Source: Candidatus Latescibacterota bacterium
Lineage (GTDB): Bacteria > Latescibacterota > UBA2968 > UBA8231
Direction of reading: 5' to 3'
Assembly (NCBI GenBank): GCA_965203175.1
Contig: OZ241867.1
Coordinates: 1,888,001-1,952,000 of the forward strand
Length of the DNA stretch: 64,000 nt
Shown one piece after another: positions 1-9,845 of this stretch. Position numbers and translations under genes: made by a program. Within the stretch, counting starts at the first letter, position 1, and every line of letters begins with the position of its first letter. The notes under the pieces were generated by a model, which was not told the DNA's origin, ran no database searches, and was given only the letters and a program-made list of their open reading frames with translations.

Positions 1-590
1 GATTCGGGGATGCCGCGCGGAACGAAATGGCTGTAGTCCAAAGTCAAGGTCAATCCCGGAACGTCTCGCACCAACCTGGCCGCCGACTTAGGACGGGAAG
101 CCAGCGAGCCGATGTGGGGTTCGATTCCGTAGATAATGCGGTGCTGGCGAGCCTGTTCCACTCGCCAGTTCAACTCGTCTACTGCCCGGCCCCAGGAGTC
201 GCCGCGTTTTTCGTCGCGGAAGTGTACCCCAGGTAGCCCGCTAACGTGCTTGGAACCGCACTCGCGGGCGTATTCCAGGGTTTTGAGAAACCAATCGCGC
301 GCTTTGTTCCGCCGCCTCTTTTGCGGGTTGTTGATGGCATAGGACTCGAAGTCCAGTGCTGTCTGCATGAATACGTCGGCAGCAACCAGGCCCCTAGCCT
401 CTAGTTTCTTCCTCAGTCGGCGGGCCGAGCGCCGCACATTCTCGAATTCGCGCGATGGCTGCAAGTGAGAGCGATCTTCGAAAAGGCCTATATCCACTCC
501 CTTGAGCTTCAGCATTGCAATCAAGTCGAGGACGTGATCGTGGGGCAGAAGCGGAAAAGTGAAGTCGGCGCAGGCCAATTTGAGTCTCAT
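1..590 (-). CDS. Sugar phosphate isomerase/epimerase (xylose isomerase-like TIM barrel), 3' end runs off the window
   Basis: Not in the ORF track. Manual translation from ATG at 590 gives MRLKLACADFTFPLLPHDHVLDLIAML...GIEPHIGS...LTLDYSHF. E-x-H and D-x-x-H metal motifs present, GGAGGAAG RBS upstream. Confidence 0.8.
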   Translation of the reverse strand, partial: MRLKLACADFTFPLLPHDHVLDLIAMLKLKGVDIGLFEDRSHLQPSREFENVRRSARRLRKKLEARGLVAADVFMQTALDFESYAINNPQKRRRNKARDWFLKTLEYARECGSKHVSGLPGVHFRDEKRGDSWGRAVDELNWRVEQARQHRIIYGIEPHIGSLASRPKSAARLVRDVPGLTLTLDYSHFVPRGIPE

Positions 591-664
591 AGTGCTTCCT
601 CCTAAGGTTAGTCTGCATATTCTAAGAGAGTTTCTCTCTGCCCAATGTTCGTTCTACCCCGTGG

Positions 665-1717
665 TCACTCCTCAATATTTACAGAAGACAAATAGACGCA
701 AGACTCTCCATCGGGCGATTCGTAGGTCGAATAGTACGCAATGAGCGCGTGGTCGTCGCCCATGGGCAAGATGCCGGCGTAGCCCGTGTCGCCGCCGCTG
801 GGCAGCACGGCCTTTAACTGGATGTCGCCGTGTTCGTAGAGGAAAACTCCGGTGCGAAGTTGGGTCTGGTCGTGCGGACTGAAGGGTTCGTTGAATCGGT
901 CGGCCGTGGCGCGAATCCCTTCGTTGCTGAAGCTGCGGCCGGTGACGAGTACGTGGCGGCCCACTCGGGCTATGGCCGAGCCGTAGCAGCGCGATTCCTG
1001 CGACAAGGTGCGCTCCCATTGGTCGTAGGGCGGCTGTGCGGTAGAAAGTAGGGCGCAGTAGCCGCGGGCGCGGGTGACGGCCAACAGGCGCTGGTCTTCC
1101 CCAAAGCAAAGGGACGTTTCGCTCGGCGCTTGCACGCCGAATTCAAGGCCGGTCGAGTCGCGGTATTCAGGGTGTGTGGTGCCGTGGATGATCTCGCTGA
1201 CCCACTGCCAGCGTTCCCCGTCGTCGGAGACGAGCAAATCGACTGAATTGTGGCTGGCGTGGGGGGTGTGGCCGACCGTGTCGCAGGCGACCCAATAGCG
1301 GCCTTCGTGCTCCACCGGATGCCAGAAATCGTGGTTCATCACAAAGCAGCGCCGGGGCTGGCTCCAAGTCGTTCCGTCGGTCGTCGCGGCAACTATTTGC
1401 TGCGAGGTGAAGCCGTACTCAGGCTCGGGTTGCCCCTCGGCTTCCTCGCGGCTGAGGCGCACTCCGTACACCAACAGCCGGTTGCCCACGGGCAGCAAGT
1501 TCGGGTCGATGGTCTTCGCGCCTAGCGCGATTTGGCTGGTCCAAGTCTCCAAATCCGCAGACGAACAGACGCGGATTTGCGAATCGCCGCTGCCGTGGCC
1601 GCGGCCATCGACAAAGCATACGTGGTACGCGCCCTTCCAGCGCACCAAGCTGCCGACGTGCCAGCCGCGGCCGCCGCCGAAGATTTTTCTCGTCCAATTT
1701 ACTTTCACCGTGGCCAT
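665..1717 (-). CDS. BNR/sialidase-like beta-propeller protein
   Basis: Asp-box-like repeats (SADLETW, TTDGTTW, SDDGERW) and C-terminal GGDTGYAG...IAYYS. Paralog of 55187..56269. Confidence 0.65.
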   Translation of the reverse strand: MATVKVNWTRKIFGGGRGWHVGSLVRWKGAYHVCFVDGRGHGSGDSQIRVCSSADLETWTSQIALGAKTIDPNLLPVGNRLLVYGVRLSREEAEGQPEPEYGFTSQQIVAATTDGTTWSQPRRCFVMNHDFWHPVEHEGRYWVACDTVGHTPHASHNSVDLLVSDDGERWQWVSEIIHGTTHPEYRDSTGLEFGVQAPSETSLCFGEDQRLLAVTRARGYCALLSTAQPPYDQWERTLSQESRCYGSAIARVGRHVLVTGRSFSNEGIRATADRFNEPFSPHDQTQLRTGVFLYEHGDIQLKAVLPSGGDTGYAGILPMGDDHALIAYYSTYESPDGESCVYLSSVNIEE

Positions 1718-1741
1718 GCTATTAGTCCTTTCGTCGCTTCT

Positions 1742-1779
1742 GTCATGCTGAGCGGAGTGCAGCGGAGTCGAAGCATCTC
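1742..1779. repeat. REP-like extragenic palindromic element (GTCATGCTGAGC...GAAGCATCTC type)
   Basis: Intergenic gtcatgctgagcggagtgcagcggagtcgaagcatctc with ATGCT/AGCAT stem and an internal AGCGGAGT repeat. Confidence 0.5.
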
Positions 1780-1804
1780 ATACTTAACACCCGTGCGAAA
1801 TCTG

Positions 1805-2683
1805 TCAATCCCAATACTTTCCGTAGAGCACCCGAAGCCGCTCCTTCGCCTCTAAGGGAATCACCGCTGGGTCAGTGACAATGGCGCTTTCGGCCGCGCG
1901 CAAACAAGGACAAGCGGATTCGGTCGGTAGGCGCGTGGCAACCTCGGAGACGATCTGCTTGGCTAGGGCACTGTTAGCTCGTAGCACCGCTAGCACTTGA
2001 TCGACGGTCACGTCCTCCTCTTCCTCATGCCAGCAGTCGTAGTCCGTGCCCGTCGCCAGCAGCGCGTAACACATTTCCGCCTCGTGCGCCAGCTTAGCCT
2101 CGGGCAGCGCGGTCATGCCGATCACGGCCGCACCCACGGCGTTGCGGTAGAAATGCGACTCAGCACGGGTGGAAAAGGCCGGCCCCTCCATGCAGAGGTA
2201 CGTGCCACCCTCGTGGACGTTGGCACCTGCCTCCCGTGCCGCCGCGATGACCACGTCCCGCAATCCCGCGCAGAACGGGTCGGCAAACATCACGTGTCCG
2301 ACGATCCCGTCGCCGAAAAACGTCGATGGGCGTTGTCCGCGCGTGCGGTCGAAAATTTGGTCGGGCACGATCATGTCCCCAGGCCGGATATCCTCCTGCA
2401 TGATGCCGCAAGCGCTTATGGCCAAAACGTGGTTCACACCTAATTGCTTAAGCGCGTGGATATTGGCGCGCGAGGGCACTTCGCTCGGCAGCAGCCGATG
2501 CCCTCGGCCATGTCGCGGCAGGAAATGCACTGTGCGGTCGCCGATTCGCGCCTCGACGATGGCGTCCGAAGGCGTGCCAAAGGGCGTATCTAGCCGGTGC
2601 TCGGCAACCGTTTCGACCCCTTCTATGTGGTACAACCCCGACCCACCGATAACGCCCAAGACTGCGGATTGACTCATCATCAT
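1805..2683 (-). CDS. mtnP: S-methyl-5'-thioadenosine phosphorylase
   Basis: GVIGGSGLY, TPFGTPS, LPRHGRGH, EGPAFSTRAES, IGMT, TDYDCWH motifs. Confidence 0.93.
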   Translation of the reverse strand: MMMSQSAVLGVIGGSGLYHIEGVETVAEHRLDTPFGTPSDAIVEARIGDRTVHFLPRHGRGHRLLPSEVPSRANIHALKQLGVNHVLAISACGIMQEDIRPGDMIVPDQIFDRTRGQRPSTFFGDGIVGHVMFADPFCAGLRDVVIAAAREAGANVHEGGTYLCMEGPAFSTRAESHFYRNAVGAAVIGMTALPEAKLAHEAEMCYALLATGTDYDCWHEEEEDVTVDQVLAVLRANSALAKQIVSEVATRLPTESACPCLRAAESAIVTDPAVIPLEAKERLRVLYGKYWD

Positions 2684-2730
2684 CTCCTGTGAAAATGCAA
2701 GTGCCTGCTAGCGCCCCTATATTATACACC

Positions 2731-5106
2731 ATGTCCCCGCGCTTGCTCAAAACCTCGGTGCGCGAACTCGTCGGCTTCGTGCTGCGTTCCGGCGATCTAA
2801 TTTTCGGCGGATTTTCCCGCCCAGATCGCCTAGTGGAAGGAACGCGCGGCCACCAGAAGATCCAGCGCACCCGCCCCGCCGACTATCAGGCGGAAGTGCC
2901 CATCTCCTACCTAGTCGAAACCGACGAGATAACCCTCGAAATAAGCGGTCGCATCGACGGTCTGCTCGTCGAAAACGACTCCGTGCTCGTCGAGGAAATC
3001 AAGACCACCGAGGCCGACCTCGACGAGATCCCTGAAAACCCGGCGCATTGGGCACAGGCCAAGCTCTACGCCTTCATAGTCGCCGAGCAAAGTGGCCTCG
3101 ACGCCATCGACATCCAGCTAACCTATCTTCAGTTAGATACCAATGAGCGCCGCGAGGACCGCCGCACCTTTGCGCACGACGAACTGGCGGCGTTTTGCGC
3201 TGATCTCATCGAGCGCTACCTGCATTGGGCGCGCATCTACCAACAGTGGTGCGCCGAACGCGATCTTTCGCTTGAAGCATTCAAATTCCCCTTCGCCGAG
3301 TACCGGCCCGGCCAACGCGATCTGGCCGCGGCCACCTATCGCACCATCGATGGCCGCGGTCGAGCCTTTGCCCAAGCGCCCACCGGCATCGGCAAGACCA
3401 TCTCGACCCTGTTCCCGGCCGCCAAGGCCCTCGGCTTAGGTCATGCCGAAAAAATCTTCTATCTGACGGCCAAAACCAGCGGACGCAGAATCGCCGAAAA
3501 GGCCATCGACGACCTACGCGGAGGAGGCGCACGCATCAAGAGCCTGACGCTGACGGCGCGCGACAAGATCTGCTTCAAACCCAACGGCGACAGCACCTGC
3601 GATCCCGAGCAATGCGAGTTCGCCCGAGGGTACTACGACCGCATCAACGACGCGCTTGAAGACATTTTTACCCACGACGCCTTCACCCGGTCTCTCATCG
3701 AGGAATGTGCGCAAAAGCACACCGTGTGCCCCTTTGAATTTTCGCTCGACCTCGCGCTGTGGTCCGACGTCATCATCTGCGATTACAACTACGTCTTTGA
3801 TCCGCGCGCCTTCCTCAAGCGCTTCTTCCAAGACACCAACGGGCAATACGCTTTCCTAATTGACGAGGCGCACAACCTCGTCGATCGAGCGCGCGAAATG
3901 TTCTCGGCCGATCTGTGCAAGACCGAGATTTCTGGGCTCAAGCGCTTAGTCGGCAAGACGCACCCCGACTTGAGCAAACAACTCGACGCCCTCAACCGCT
4001 ACTTTGCCAAGCTCGGCAAGAAGGTCGAACAGGAAGGCGACGGAGAGTGCTGGATCAGCCCGCAGCTATCAACAGATTTAATGGCGCTGGTTCACAATGT
4101 CCTCCGCGCCGCCGAGAAGGTCCTAGAGCAGGGTGCGGCCTTGCCCTTTTGGGACGAATTGATCGAGTGCTACTTCCGGTTGCTGGGCTTTGAGCGCATC
4201 GGCGAGCTGTTCGACGAACACTACACCACATATACCGAAAAACAGGGGCGGGATATTCGCTTTCGGATCTTCTGTCTCGATCCAGCGCATAATATCCGCC
4301 AGGCCCTAGAACGCGGTTGCGCGGCCGTATTTTTCTCGGCCACGCTCTCGCCGCTGGCGTACTTCCGCGACCTGCTCGGCGGCGAGGAGGGGGATACCTT
4401 GTTGAGCCTTGGTTCGCCCTTTCCGCCCGAGCATCTACGCCTGTTGCTGGCCGACCACATTGAGACGACGTACAAAAAGCGCGGCGAGAGCTACGACGAC
4501 ATCGCCGAGTCCATCGCCGCCCTCGTCAGCCAGCGCGCGGGCAACTACCTCGCCTTTTTCCCTTCGTACAAATACATGGAGGAGGTGGCGACGCGCTTTG
4601 CCGAGGCACACCCGGACATCGACCTGCTCGTCCAAGAAAGCGGCATGTCCGACCACCAGCGCGAGGCGTTTCTCTCCGCATTCGACGCGGAGCCATTGCA
4701 GGCCGAACAGTACACAGTGGGTTTCGCGGTGATGGGCGGCGTCTTCGGCGAGGGGATCGATTTAGTCGGCGAGCGGTTGGTCGGTGCAGTAGTAGTCGGC
4801 GTTGGGCTGCCGCAACTGTGCTTGGAGCGCGACCTGATCCGCCACTATTTCGACGAGCGCGATATTTCCGGCTTTGCGTACGCCTATGTCTATCCAGGCA
4901 TGAACCGCGTGTTGCAGGCCGCAGGCCGCGTCATCCGCACCGCGAGCGACCGCGGCGCAATCCTCCTCGTCGATCGCCGCTTTGCACAAAGCCGCTACCG
5001 CCAGCTTTTTCCTGCCTCTTGGCACCCAGTGCATTCCGTCCGCAACCCAGCCCATATCGCCCAGTCGCTGGACGAGTTTTGGCGCCATGACCCCGCGCAC
5101 ACTTAG
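2731..5106 (+). CDS. Rad3/XPD/DinG-family Fe-S ATP-dependent DNA helicase with N-terminal PD-(D/E)XK nuclease domain
   Basis: GRIDG/EEIKT/QAKLYA nuclease motifs, Q-motif YRPGQ, Walker A APTGIGKT, four Fe-S cysteines (KIC, TCDPEQC, VCPFE), DEAH, SAT, QAAGRVIR. Start placed at ATG 2731. Confidence 0.88.
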   Translation: MSPRLLKTSVRELVGFVLRSGDLIFGGFSRPDRLVEGTRGHQKIQRTRPADYQAEVPISYLVETDEITLEISGRIDGLLVENDSVLVEEIKTTEADLDEIPENPAHWAQAKLYAFIVAEQSGLDAIDIQLTYLQLDTNERREDRRTFAHDELAAFCADLIERYLHWARIYQQWCAERDLSLEAFKFPFAEYRPGQRDLAAATYRTIDGRGRAFAQAPTGIGKTISTLFPAAKALGLGHAEKIFYLTAKTSGRRIAEKAIDDLRGGGARIKSLTLTARDKICFKPNGDSTCDPEQCEFARGYYDRINDALEDIFTHDAFTRSLIEECAQKHTVCPFEFSLDLALWSDVIICDYNYVFDPRAFLKRFFQDTNGQYAFLIDEAHNLVDRAREMFSADLCKTEISGLKRLVGKTHPDLSKQLDALNRYFAKLGKKVEQEGDGECWISPQLSTDLMALVHNVLRAAEKVLEQGAALPFWDELIECYFRLLGFERIGELFDEHYTTYTEKQGRDIRFRIFCLDPAHNIRQALERGCAAVFFSATLSPLAYFRDLLGGEEGDTLLSLGSPFPPEHLRLLLADHIETTYKKRGESYDDIAESIAALVSQRAGNYLAFFPSYKYMEEVATRFAEAHPDIDLLVQESGMSDHQREAFLSAFDAEPLQAEQYTVGFAVMGGVFGEGIDLVGERLVGAVVVGVGLPQLCLERDLIRHYFDERDISGFAYAYVYPGMNRVLQAAGRVIRTASDRGAILLVDRRFAQSRYRQLFPASWHPVHSVRNPAHIAQSLDEFWRHDPAHT

Positions 5107-5836
5107 CATCCTACTACTCTTGCTCTGCCCCGTGGTGGCAGCGGCCCAAAGCGTGTTCGCCGCCGCTAGCCTAAGTACCGCACTCACAGAACTAGCCACC
5201 CACCACGAGGGGATGCGCCTATCCGTCGCCAGCTCTTCGACCTTGGCCAAACAAATTGCCGCCGGTGCGCCAGCCGACATTTACTTTTCCGCCAATGCCG
5301 AGTGGATGGACTACCTCCAAGCGCGCCAACACATCGAGCAAGATACTCGCGTCGATCTCCTTGGCAACGCCCTCGTGGTCATTGCACCCAAGGAAGCACC
5401 GTTCGCCGTCCGCTTTGTAAGGGACTTTGACTTTGCCGGAGCTTTCGCTGACCGCTTGGCCCTCGGCGACCCCGATCACGTCCCGGCCGGCCAGTACTCC
5501 CGCCAAGCCCTAGATGAGTTGGGCTGGTGGCCGACGCTCAAAAGCCGCATCGCACCCGCGCCCGACGTCCGCGCCGCCTTGGTGTACGTCGAGCGCGGAG
5601 AGTGCGCCGCGGGCTTGGTGTACGCCACCGACGCAACCCAAAGCGACCGCGTAATAACCCTAGCGACGGTGCCGGACTCACTGCACCGCCCCATCGTCTA
5701 TCCGGCGGCCATCGTCAAGGGCCGCGCCAGTGCGCAGACCCGCAATTTGTTAGCATTTTTTAGTTCGGATACGGCCGCCGCCATCTTCCGCAAACACGGC
5801 TTTACCTCTTTGGGCGACCAACGTGTTCAGCGCTGA
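5087..5836 (+). CDS. modA: Molybdate ABC transporter substrate-binding protein
   Basis: Signal peptide from ATG 5087, FAAASL, ASSSTLAKQI..GAPAD, HVPAGQY, VYATDA. Confidence 0.92.
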   Translation: MTPRTLSILLLLLCPVVAAAQSVFAAASLSTALTELATHHEGMRLSVASSSTLAKQIAAGAPADIYFSANAEWMDYLQARQHIEQDTRVDLLGNALVVIAPKEAPFAVRFVRDFDFAGAFADRLALGDPDHVPAGQYSRQALDELGWWPTLKSRIAPAPDVRAALVYVERGECAAGLVYATDATQSDRVITLATVPDSLHRPIVYPAAIVKGRASAQTRNLLAFFSSDTAAAIFRKHGFTSLGDQRVQR

Positions 5837-6497
5837 GGAAGTGCAAATCCTGTTGCTCTCGCTGCGCGTGGCTTTTTGCTGCGTGCTGCTGAGCCTGCTG
5901 CCGGCCGTGTTGTTGGGATGGCTGTTGGCCCGGCGGGAGTTTCCGCTCAAGATCGCGCTCGACGGCTTCTGTCACCTGCCGCTGGTCCTGCCGCCGGTGG
6001 TCACCGGCTATCTGCTCCTGTTGCTCTTTGGCCGCCGCGGTCTCTTCGGTCCAGTCCTCGCAGTCTTCGACCTCCAATTGGCCTTCGACTGGAAGGGCGC
6101 GGTGCTGGCCTCGGCCGTGGTCGGCTTTCCCCTGATGCTGCGCTCCGTGCGCCTCGGGATTGAGAGCGTGGACCCGCGCCTAGAGCGCGTCGCTCGCACC
6201 CTCGGGGCGGGTCCGGTGCGCACCTTTCTGACCGTGACCTTGCGCCTGGCCGCTCCCGGCCTGCTGGTCGGCTCGCTGTTGAGCTTTGCCCGCTCGCTGG
6301 GCGAGTTCGGCGCGACCATCATCTTTGCGGCCAACATCGCCGGGCAGACCCGCACCATTCCCTCGGCCATTTACACGTATCTCAACCAACCAGACGGGGA
6401 AGGCCGCGCGACCGGTCTGGTCCTGCTGTCGGTCGCGCTTTCGCTACTGGCTCTCGTGGCCAGCGAGTGGTCGGCCCGTCGCCTGCGCTCGCATTAG
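5823..6497 (+). CDS. modB: Molybdate ABC transporter permease
   Basis: LPLVLPPVVTGY and FARSLGEFGAT motifs, located between modA and modC. Confidence 0.93.
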   Translation: MFSAEEVQILLLSLRVAFCCVLLSLLPAVLLGWLLARREFPLKIALDGFCHLPLVLPPVVTGYLLLLLFGRRGLFGPVLAVFDLQLAFDWKGAVLASAVVGFPLMLRSVRLGIESVDPRLERVARTLGAGPVRTFLTVTLRLAAPGLLVGSLLSFARSLGEFGATIIFAANIAGQTRTIPSAIYTYLNQPDGEGRATGLVLLSVALSLLALVASEWSARRLRSH

Positions 6498-6499
6498 CA

Positions 6500-7594
6500 A
6501 TGCTCCGCCTCCGCGCTCAACGCCAACTAGGCCCCTTCGCACTCGACATCGATATAGAGTGTCACCACGCCGTCACCGCCATCTACGGCCCGTCGGGCGC
6601 GGGCAAGACCTCGCTGCTCAACGTGGTCGCCGGGCTAGTGCGGCCGGACGCCGGCGAAATATCCTTGGACGGCCAAACCCTCTTCTCCTCGGCCCAGCGC
6701 ATCGATCTGCCGCCAGAGCACCGCCGCATCGGCTACGTGTTTCAAGACGACTTGCTCTTTCCGCACCTGAGCACTGAGGAAAACCTGTGCTATGGCCGCG
6801 ACCTGCTGCCGGCAGCAGCGCGGCGCTTTGCCTTGGACCAGATCGTCGATTTGCTCGAAATCGGCTCCCTGCTCAAGCGCCGGCCAGGACACCTGTCCGG
6901 CGGCGAGCGCCAACGCGTCGCCTTGGGCCGCGCCTTGCTCACTTCTCCGCACCTCCTGCTGATGGACGAGCCGCTGGCCTCGCTCGATCAGGGCCTCAAA
7001 AACCGCATCATCCCCTACTTGTGCCACGTCCGCGACGCCCTGCAGATCCCCATTCTCTACGTCAGCCACTCGGTCGCCGAAATCCTCGAACTCACCAGCC
7101 AAGTCGTCGTCCTCGACCGCGGCCAAGTCATTGCACACGGCGACTTTTTCACCATAGCCGCCCACCCCCAAGTCCTGCCGTTGGTAGAAGAGCACGGCTT
7201 TGAAAACGTCCTCGACGTAGAGATCGCAGCAACCGACGCGGAGCGGGGCGTCTGCGAGGTCTTGTGCCACGGTCAGCAGCTCAAAATTCCCTACTGCGAT
7301 CAACCCGCCGGCAGCCGCCTCTTCATCGGCATCCGCGCCGACGACATCGTCCTCGCCCGCCAGCGCCCCACAGGGCTGAGCGTGCGCAATGCATTGCAGG
7401 GTACCATCAGCGCAATTGCCGATGTGGGAGGGAAACAACTCATCTACGTGGACGTCGGACGTCGGCTGGCCGCCAAGACGACCCCAGAGGCCATCGAGGA
7501 AATGCAACTCGGCATCGGCGACCCAATTTACTGCCTTGTCAAAACCCATTCCATCCGCTTGGGACCGCAGTTGGGCCGGTTGGAAAATCGTTGA
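6500..7594 (+). CDS. modC: Molybdate ABC transporter ATP-binding protein
   Basis: GPSGAGKT, LSGGERQR, LLMDEP, C-terminal TOBE region (LSVRNAL). Confidence 0.92.
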   Translation: MLRLRAQRQLGPFALDIDIECHHAVTAIYGPSGAGKTSLLNVVAGLVRPDAGEISLDGQTLFSSAQRIDLPPEHRRIGYVFQDDLLFPHLSTEENLCYGRDLLPAAARRFALDQIVDLLEIGSLLKRRPGHLSGGERQRVALGRALLTSPHLLLMDEPLASLDQGLKNRIIPYLCHVRDALQIPILYVSHSVAEILELTSQVVVLDRGQVIAHGDFFTIAAHPQVLPLVEEHGFENVLDVEIAATDAERGVCEVLCHGQQLKIPYCDQPAGSRLFIGIRADDIVLARQRPTGLSVRNALQGTISAIADVGGKQLIYVDVGRRLAAKTTPEAIEEMQLGIGDPIYCLVKTHSIRLGPQLGRLENR

Positions 7595-7620
7595 CACGGC
7601 AAATATCCGCCTTTTATACT
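7591..7620 (+). promoter_or_regulatory. Putative sigma70 promoter for the cytidylate-kinase-like gene
   Basis: TTGACA (7591-7596), 18-nt spacer, TATACT (7615-7620). Confidence 0.6.
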
Positions 7621-7674
7621 CTTTACAAATGGTACAAGCTGGGACCTGATCACTTCCAACCTAAGAGACTCGCC

Positions 7675-8355
7675 ATGAATGTCATCACGGTTGCCCGTCA
7701 GCTCGGCAGCTTTGGCGACTGGATCGCCGAGCAGTTGGCCGCCAAGCTAGACTACGAATTCATCGACCGCCGCCTCGTCGAAGAGATCGCCAGCATCACT
7801 GAGACCTCGGTCGAAGAGGTTGAGCGCTACGACGAAAAGGGGGAGGGCCGGCTCAGGTTCTTCCTCAAGAAATTGCTCGTGCCCGAAGTCGCTCCGGGTA
7901 CTTTTCCCCTATCGGCTGCCGCGTACGCGCCCGAGTTTGGGCTCGAGTTTCCCCACATGCGCGAGCACGATGTTAGCGAAGCGACGTATCTCGACCGCGG
8001 CACGTACCAGCTACTCATCACAACCCTCGTGCAGGATTTCGGCGAAAGCGGCAAGGCCGTCGTCGTCGGCCGGGCTAGCCAAGTCATCCTCGCCGAGCAC
8101 CCCAATGCCTGCCACGTCAAAATCATCGCCCCGCTCGAAACGCGGATTGAGCGATTGATGCAGAACCGCGACGTGGACCGCGAGCAAGCGCAGAAACTCA
8201 TCGAACAACACGACCAATGGCGGCAGAGCTACCTGCGCAACTTCCACAACGCCGACTGGAACGACCCCCTGCTCTACGACCTGACGATCAACACCGGCAA
8301 AATAGATCGAGAGGACGCCGTTGATCTGCTTGCCGGGTTCTTAGCCGAATCTTAG
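7675..8355 (+). CDS. Cytidylate kinase-like family protein
   Basis: VITVARQLGS, VVVGRAS, DPLLYDLTINT. Real start probably ATG 7675 rather than 7264. Confidence 0.85.
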   Translation: MNVITVARQLGSFGDWIAEQLAAKLDYEFIDRRLVEEIASITETSVEEVERYDEKGEGRLRFFLKKLLVPEVAPGTFPLSAAAYAPEFGLEFPHMREHDVSEATYLDRGTYQLLITTLVQDFGESGKAVVVGRASQVILAEHPNACHVKIIAPLETRIERLMQNRDVDREQAQKLIEQHDQWRQSYLRNFHNADWNDPLLYDLTINTGKIDREDAVDLLAGFLAES

Positions 8356-9845
8356 AGATCAAACGAGCGCGGCACCGACCGTGCCCGTGCCCCGTGTAAA
8401 AACGCGTCGTCCGGTCGCGGCCAGCGCATTGCGTACTGCCGGCTGCGCTGGCGGCGATAGCCAGCATTGTAGTACGTGCTCGCGGCGAGCCAGCGCAGCA
8501 GGCGGGCCGTAAGCTCGTTTTGCAGCGCTTGATGCTCGGATCGGCCCCAGAGGTTCCACAACTCGTGCGGGTCCTGCTCCAAATCGTATAGCTCGCCCTG
8601 ATCTTGGCCGATGTAATAGACCATCTTGTGCCGCTGGCCGCGCATCATCACCTGATAATTGTCCTCGCAGAACACCCACTCGCGTGGTGCGCAATCCTCG
8701 GCCTCCTCTAAGTATGACTGCAACGAGCGCCCCTCCATGTAACTAGGCACCTCCACGCCCGCCGCTTCTAGAATCGTCGGCCCCAAATCCATCAGCGAGA
8801 CCAAGTCGCCGATCTCGCTGCCCTTTTGCGTCCGACGGCTGTCGCGCACAATCAGCGGCACGTGTACCACCGGATCGTACATCAGCCATTTGTACGCCAG
8901 CCCGTGATCGCCCAACAGCTCGCCGTGATCCGAGCAGAAGAGCAGCAGACTATTGTCCAGAAAGCCCCGCGCCTGAAGCGCGTCGAGGACCTCACCCAAC
9001 TTCTCATCCACCGTGGTAATCTTAGCGTAGTAGTGCCGCCGCATGTGGGCGATGTCCTCTTCGCTGGGCGAGAACATGTCGATCGCGGACTCGTGCTCAG
9101 TCTCAGCGTGCGTCTTTCTCTGCGCCGCGTGCTGGGGCGGTTTGTCGTCTAACTCGCCCTCGCGCAGCACGCGCGGGGGCATTGGACGCTCCGAGTACTG
9201 TTCCAGATGCCTCGGCAACGGGTCCCACGGCTCGTGCGGGCCAGTAAAACCCACTTGCAAGAAAAACGGTTGTTGACCCTTGTAATCGCGGATCCAAGCA
9301 AGGGCTGAGTCGCCGATAAAGACATCCGAGTGAAAGCGCTCCTCCAAGTGCCAAGGGACGCCTTGGTACTTCTGCAGCCAATTGGGATCGGTCTTGTTGC
9401 GGTCGTTGGGCCGCTCCAAGCCGTGAATCCGCAAATAGCGGCCCCAATCGTCGTCCGCCCCACCCATGGCGAGGTTCTTGCTGGTGGGATTCTCCACCAC
9501 GACCCGCTCGTGGAAGCCCCCGGCGACATCGCGCGGAGCAAAGTGCATCTTGCCGATGTTGACGCAGTGATATCCCGCGTCGTTGAGGTCTTGCACCCAA
9601 TTGCGGTGATCGGCCCAGTGGTCAAAGCTGTACACGCCGGTATTGTGCGGGTACATACCCGTGAAGATCGCCGCCCGCGAGGCAATGCAGGTCGCGCCCG
9701 GGCAAAAGGCATTGCGGAAGGAAAGCCCCTCCGCGGCCAAGCGGTCCATCGCCGGCGTAATCGCGTAGTCGTAGCCCCAAGCGCCGATCGTGTCGAAGCG
9801 CTGTTGGTCAGTCATAATGAGGATGATATTAGGTCGCTCTATCAT
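8352..9845 (-). CDS. Sulfatase (formylglycine-dependent, CxAxR signature)
   Basis: RPNIILIMTDQQR, CIASRAAIFTG, GKMH, PHEP, SDHG, ELYDL..DPHE. Start at ATG 9845, overlapping the upstream stop. Confidence 0.9.
   Translation of the reverse strand: MIERPNIILIMTDQQRFDTIGAWGYDYAITPAMDRLAAEGLSFRNAFCPGATCIASRAAIFTGMYPHNTGVYSFDHWADHRNWVQDLNDAGYHCVNIGKMHFAPRDVAGGFHERVVVENPTSKNLAMGGADDDWGRYLRIHGLERPNDRNKTDPNWLQKYQGVPWHLEERFHSDVFIGDSALAWIRDYKGQQPFFLQVGFTGPHEPWDPLPRHLEQYSERPMPPRVLREGELDDKPPQHAAQRKTHAETEHESAIDMFSPSEEDIAHMRRHYYAKITTVDEKLGEVLDALQARGFLDNSLLLFCSDHGELLGDHGLAYKWLMYDPVVHVPLIVRDSRRTQKGSEIGDLVSLMDLGPTILEAAGVEVPSYMEGRSLQSYLEEAEDCAPREWVFCEDNYQVMMRGQRHKMVYYIGQDQGELYDLEQDPHELWNLWGRSEHQALQNELTARLLRWLAASTYYNAGYRRQRSRQYAMRWPRPDDAFLHGARARSVPRSFDL

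Noticed and set aside
2731-3300. Cas4-like nuclease suggesting a CRISPR or type IV (DinG) system
   Set aside because: It is the N-terminal PD-(D/E)XK domain of a common Rad3-type helicase fusion. No cas genes or array are nearby.
6635-7597. 320-aa antisense ORF (similarly 10370..11320, 37088..38302, 39466..40485, 49931..50887, 60943..62208)
   Set aside because: Shadow ORFs opposite well-supported genes, expected with high-GC codon bias.
7264-7674. Long N-terminal extensions in the ORF track (also 9846..10133, 13789..13884, 22121..22294, 52062..52157)
   Set aside because: They overlap upstream genes and are low-complexity. Downstream starts fit family N-termini, RBS or promoter positions better.
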